Shown: piece by piece, positions 60,865-61,398 of the stretch | Layout of the letters: each line of letters starts with the position of its first letter | Position numbering within the stretch: position 1 is the first letter of the stretch | Position numbers and translations under genes: made by a program | The notes under the pieces: model-generated | The model's database searches: none | Told to the model about the DNA's origin: nothing | What the model saw: the letters and a program-made list of their open reading frames with translations, nothing else | Assembly: GCF_000281045.1 (NCBI RefSeq) | Contig: NW_008246088.1 | Coordinates: 115,496 to 176,893, forward strand | Direction: 5' to 3' | Length of the DNA: 61,398 bases | DNA from: Saprolegnia diclina VS20 | Taxonomy: Eukaryota

Positions 60865-61133
60865 TTGATACATTTTTGATTTCTCTCGGATCATTCTGCA
60901 CGCAGCCACCAAAGAGAAACCAAGTCAGCGCGTCATGAGCTCTGACAACACCGTGAACGCTCTGGGTTGCCCGAGACTGTATGGCTCACGTTCGGCGCCA
61001 CCTGGACAAGACACGTCGATGCGTCGTGGCAGTGTCGCTGCTACTTGCCCATGATATGCACGAGCGGCAGCAATGAACAGAGGTAGAGTTATAAACCATC
61101 TGATTTTTCTATCATACACGACTGACTCTAGAC

Positions 61134-61398
61134 TTACAGGTACTTGTGGGCGATGATGTGGATGGTGTTGTCGACGCGCTTGAACGTGCTGCCCATGCAA
61201 AAGTGCACCGCGGTCTCAAAGTTGGCGGCGGCCGTCGCATCGTCGACGCCCAGCAAGGCAATTTCAACCAGGTGATCCAAATCGCTCACGTCCCGAAGCT
61301 CGGGCATGCCGGCCGGAAGCATGAGCACGAGCAGCGTCGATAGCAGTGACACGTGCTCTCGGACCACGTTGAACGCGTCACCGCACGTCTGCACAAAC
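61134..61398 (-). CDS. 3' end of PI3K copy G (partial, runs off window)
   Basis: CGDAFNVVREH...MLPAGMPEL...FKRVDNTIHIIAHKYL* is homologous to the last exon of copy F. Confidence 0.88.
   Translation of the reverse strand, partial: FVQTCGDAFNVVREHVSLLSTLLVLMLPAGMPELRDVSDLDHLVEIALLGVDDATAAANFETAVHFCMGSTFKRVDNTIHIIAHKYL

Noticed and set aside
1..61398. Prokaryotic systems (CRISPR, operons, defence islands), tRNA or rRNA genes
   Set aside because: Spliceosomal introns and eukaryotic genes throughout; no repeat-spacer array or structural RNA recognised by eye.

Overview
Eukaryotic, GC-rich, gene-dense DNA with short (about 39-67 nt) GT-AG introns and two N gaps. Gene content and style suggest an oomycete, probably Saprolegniales (inference). 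The left third holds OTU1, two alpha-carbonic anhydrase paralogs around an MBL-fold gene, a CtvD/AurD-like membrane protein, four MFSD8-like transporters, a secreted beta-propeller membrane protein, a bacterial-type ChrR-like cupin and NOL10. The right two-thirds is an array of seven PI3K-related loci: five complete, one cut by the window edge and one kinase-less PH-RBD fragment. The complete copies have an unusual PH-RBD-C2-PH-helical-kinase layout and carry patches of near-identical DNA, including a shared intron. Inside the array lie a PX-RING-H2 ligase, an F-box/SMC-hinge fusion and a very long Sfi1-repeat gene. I saw no tRNA, rRNA, CRISPR array or intact transposon. Family calls come from motif recognition by eye, with no database searches.
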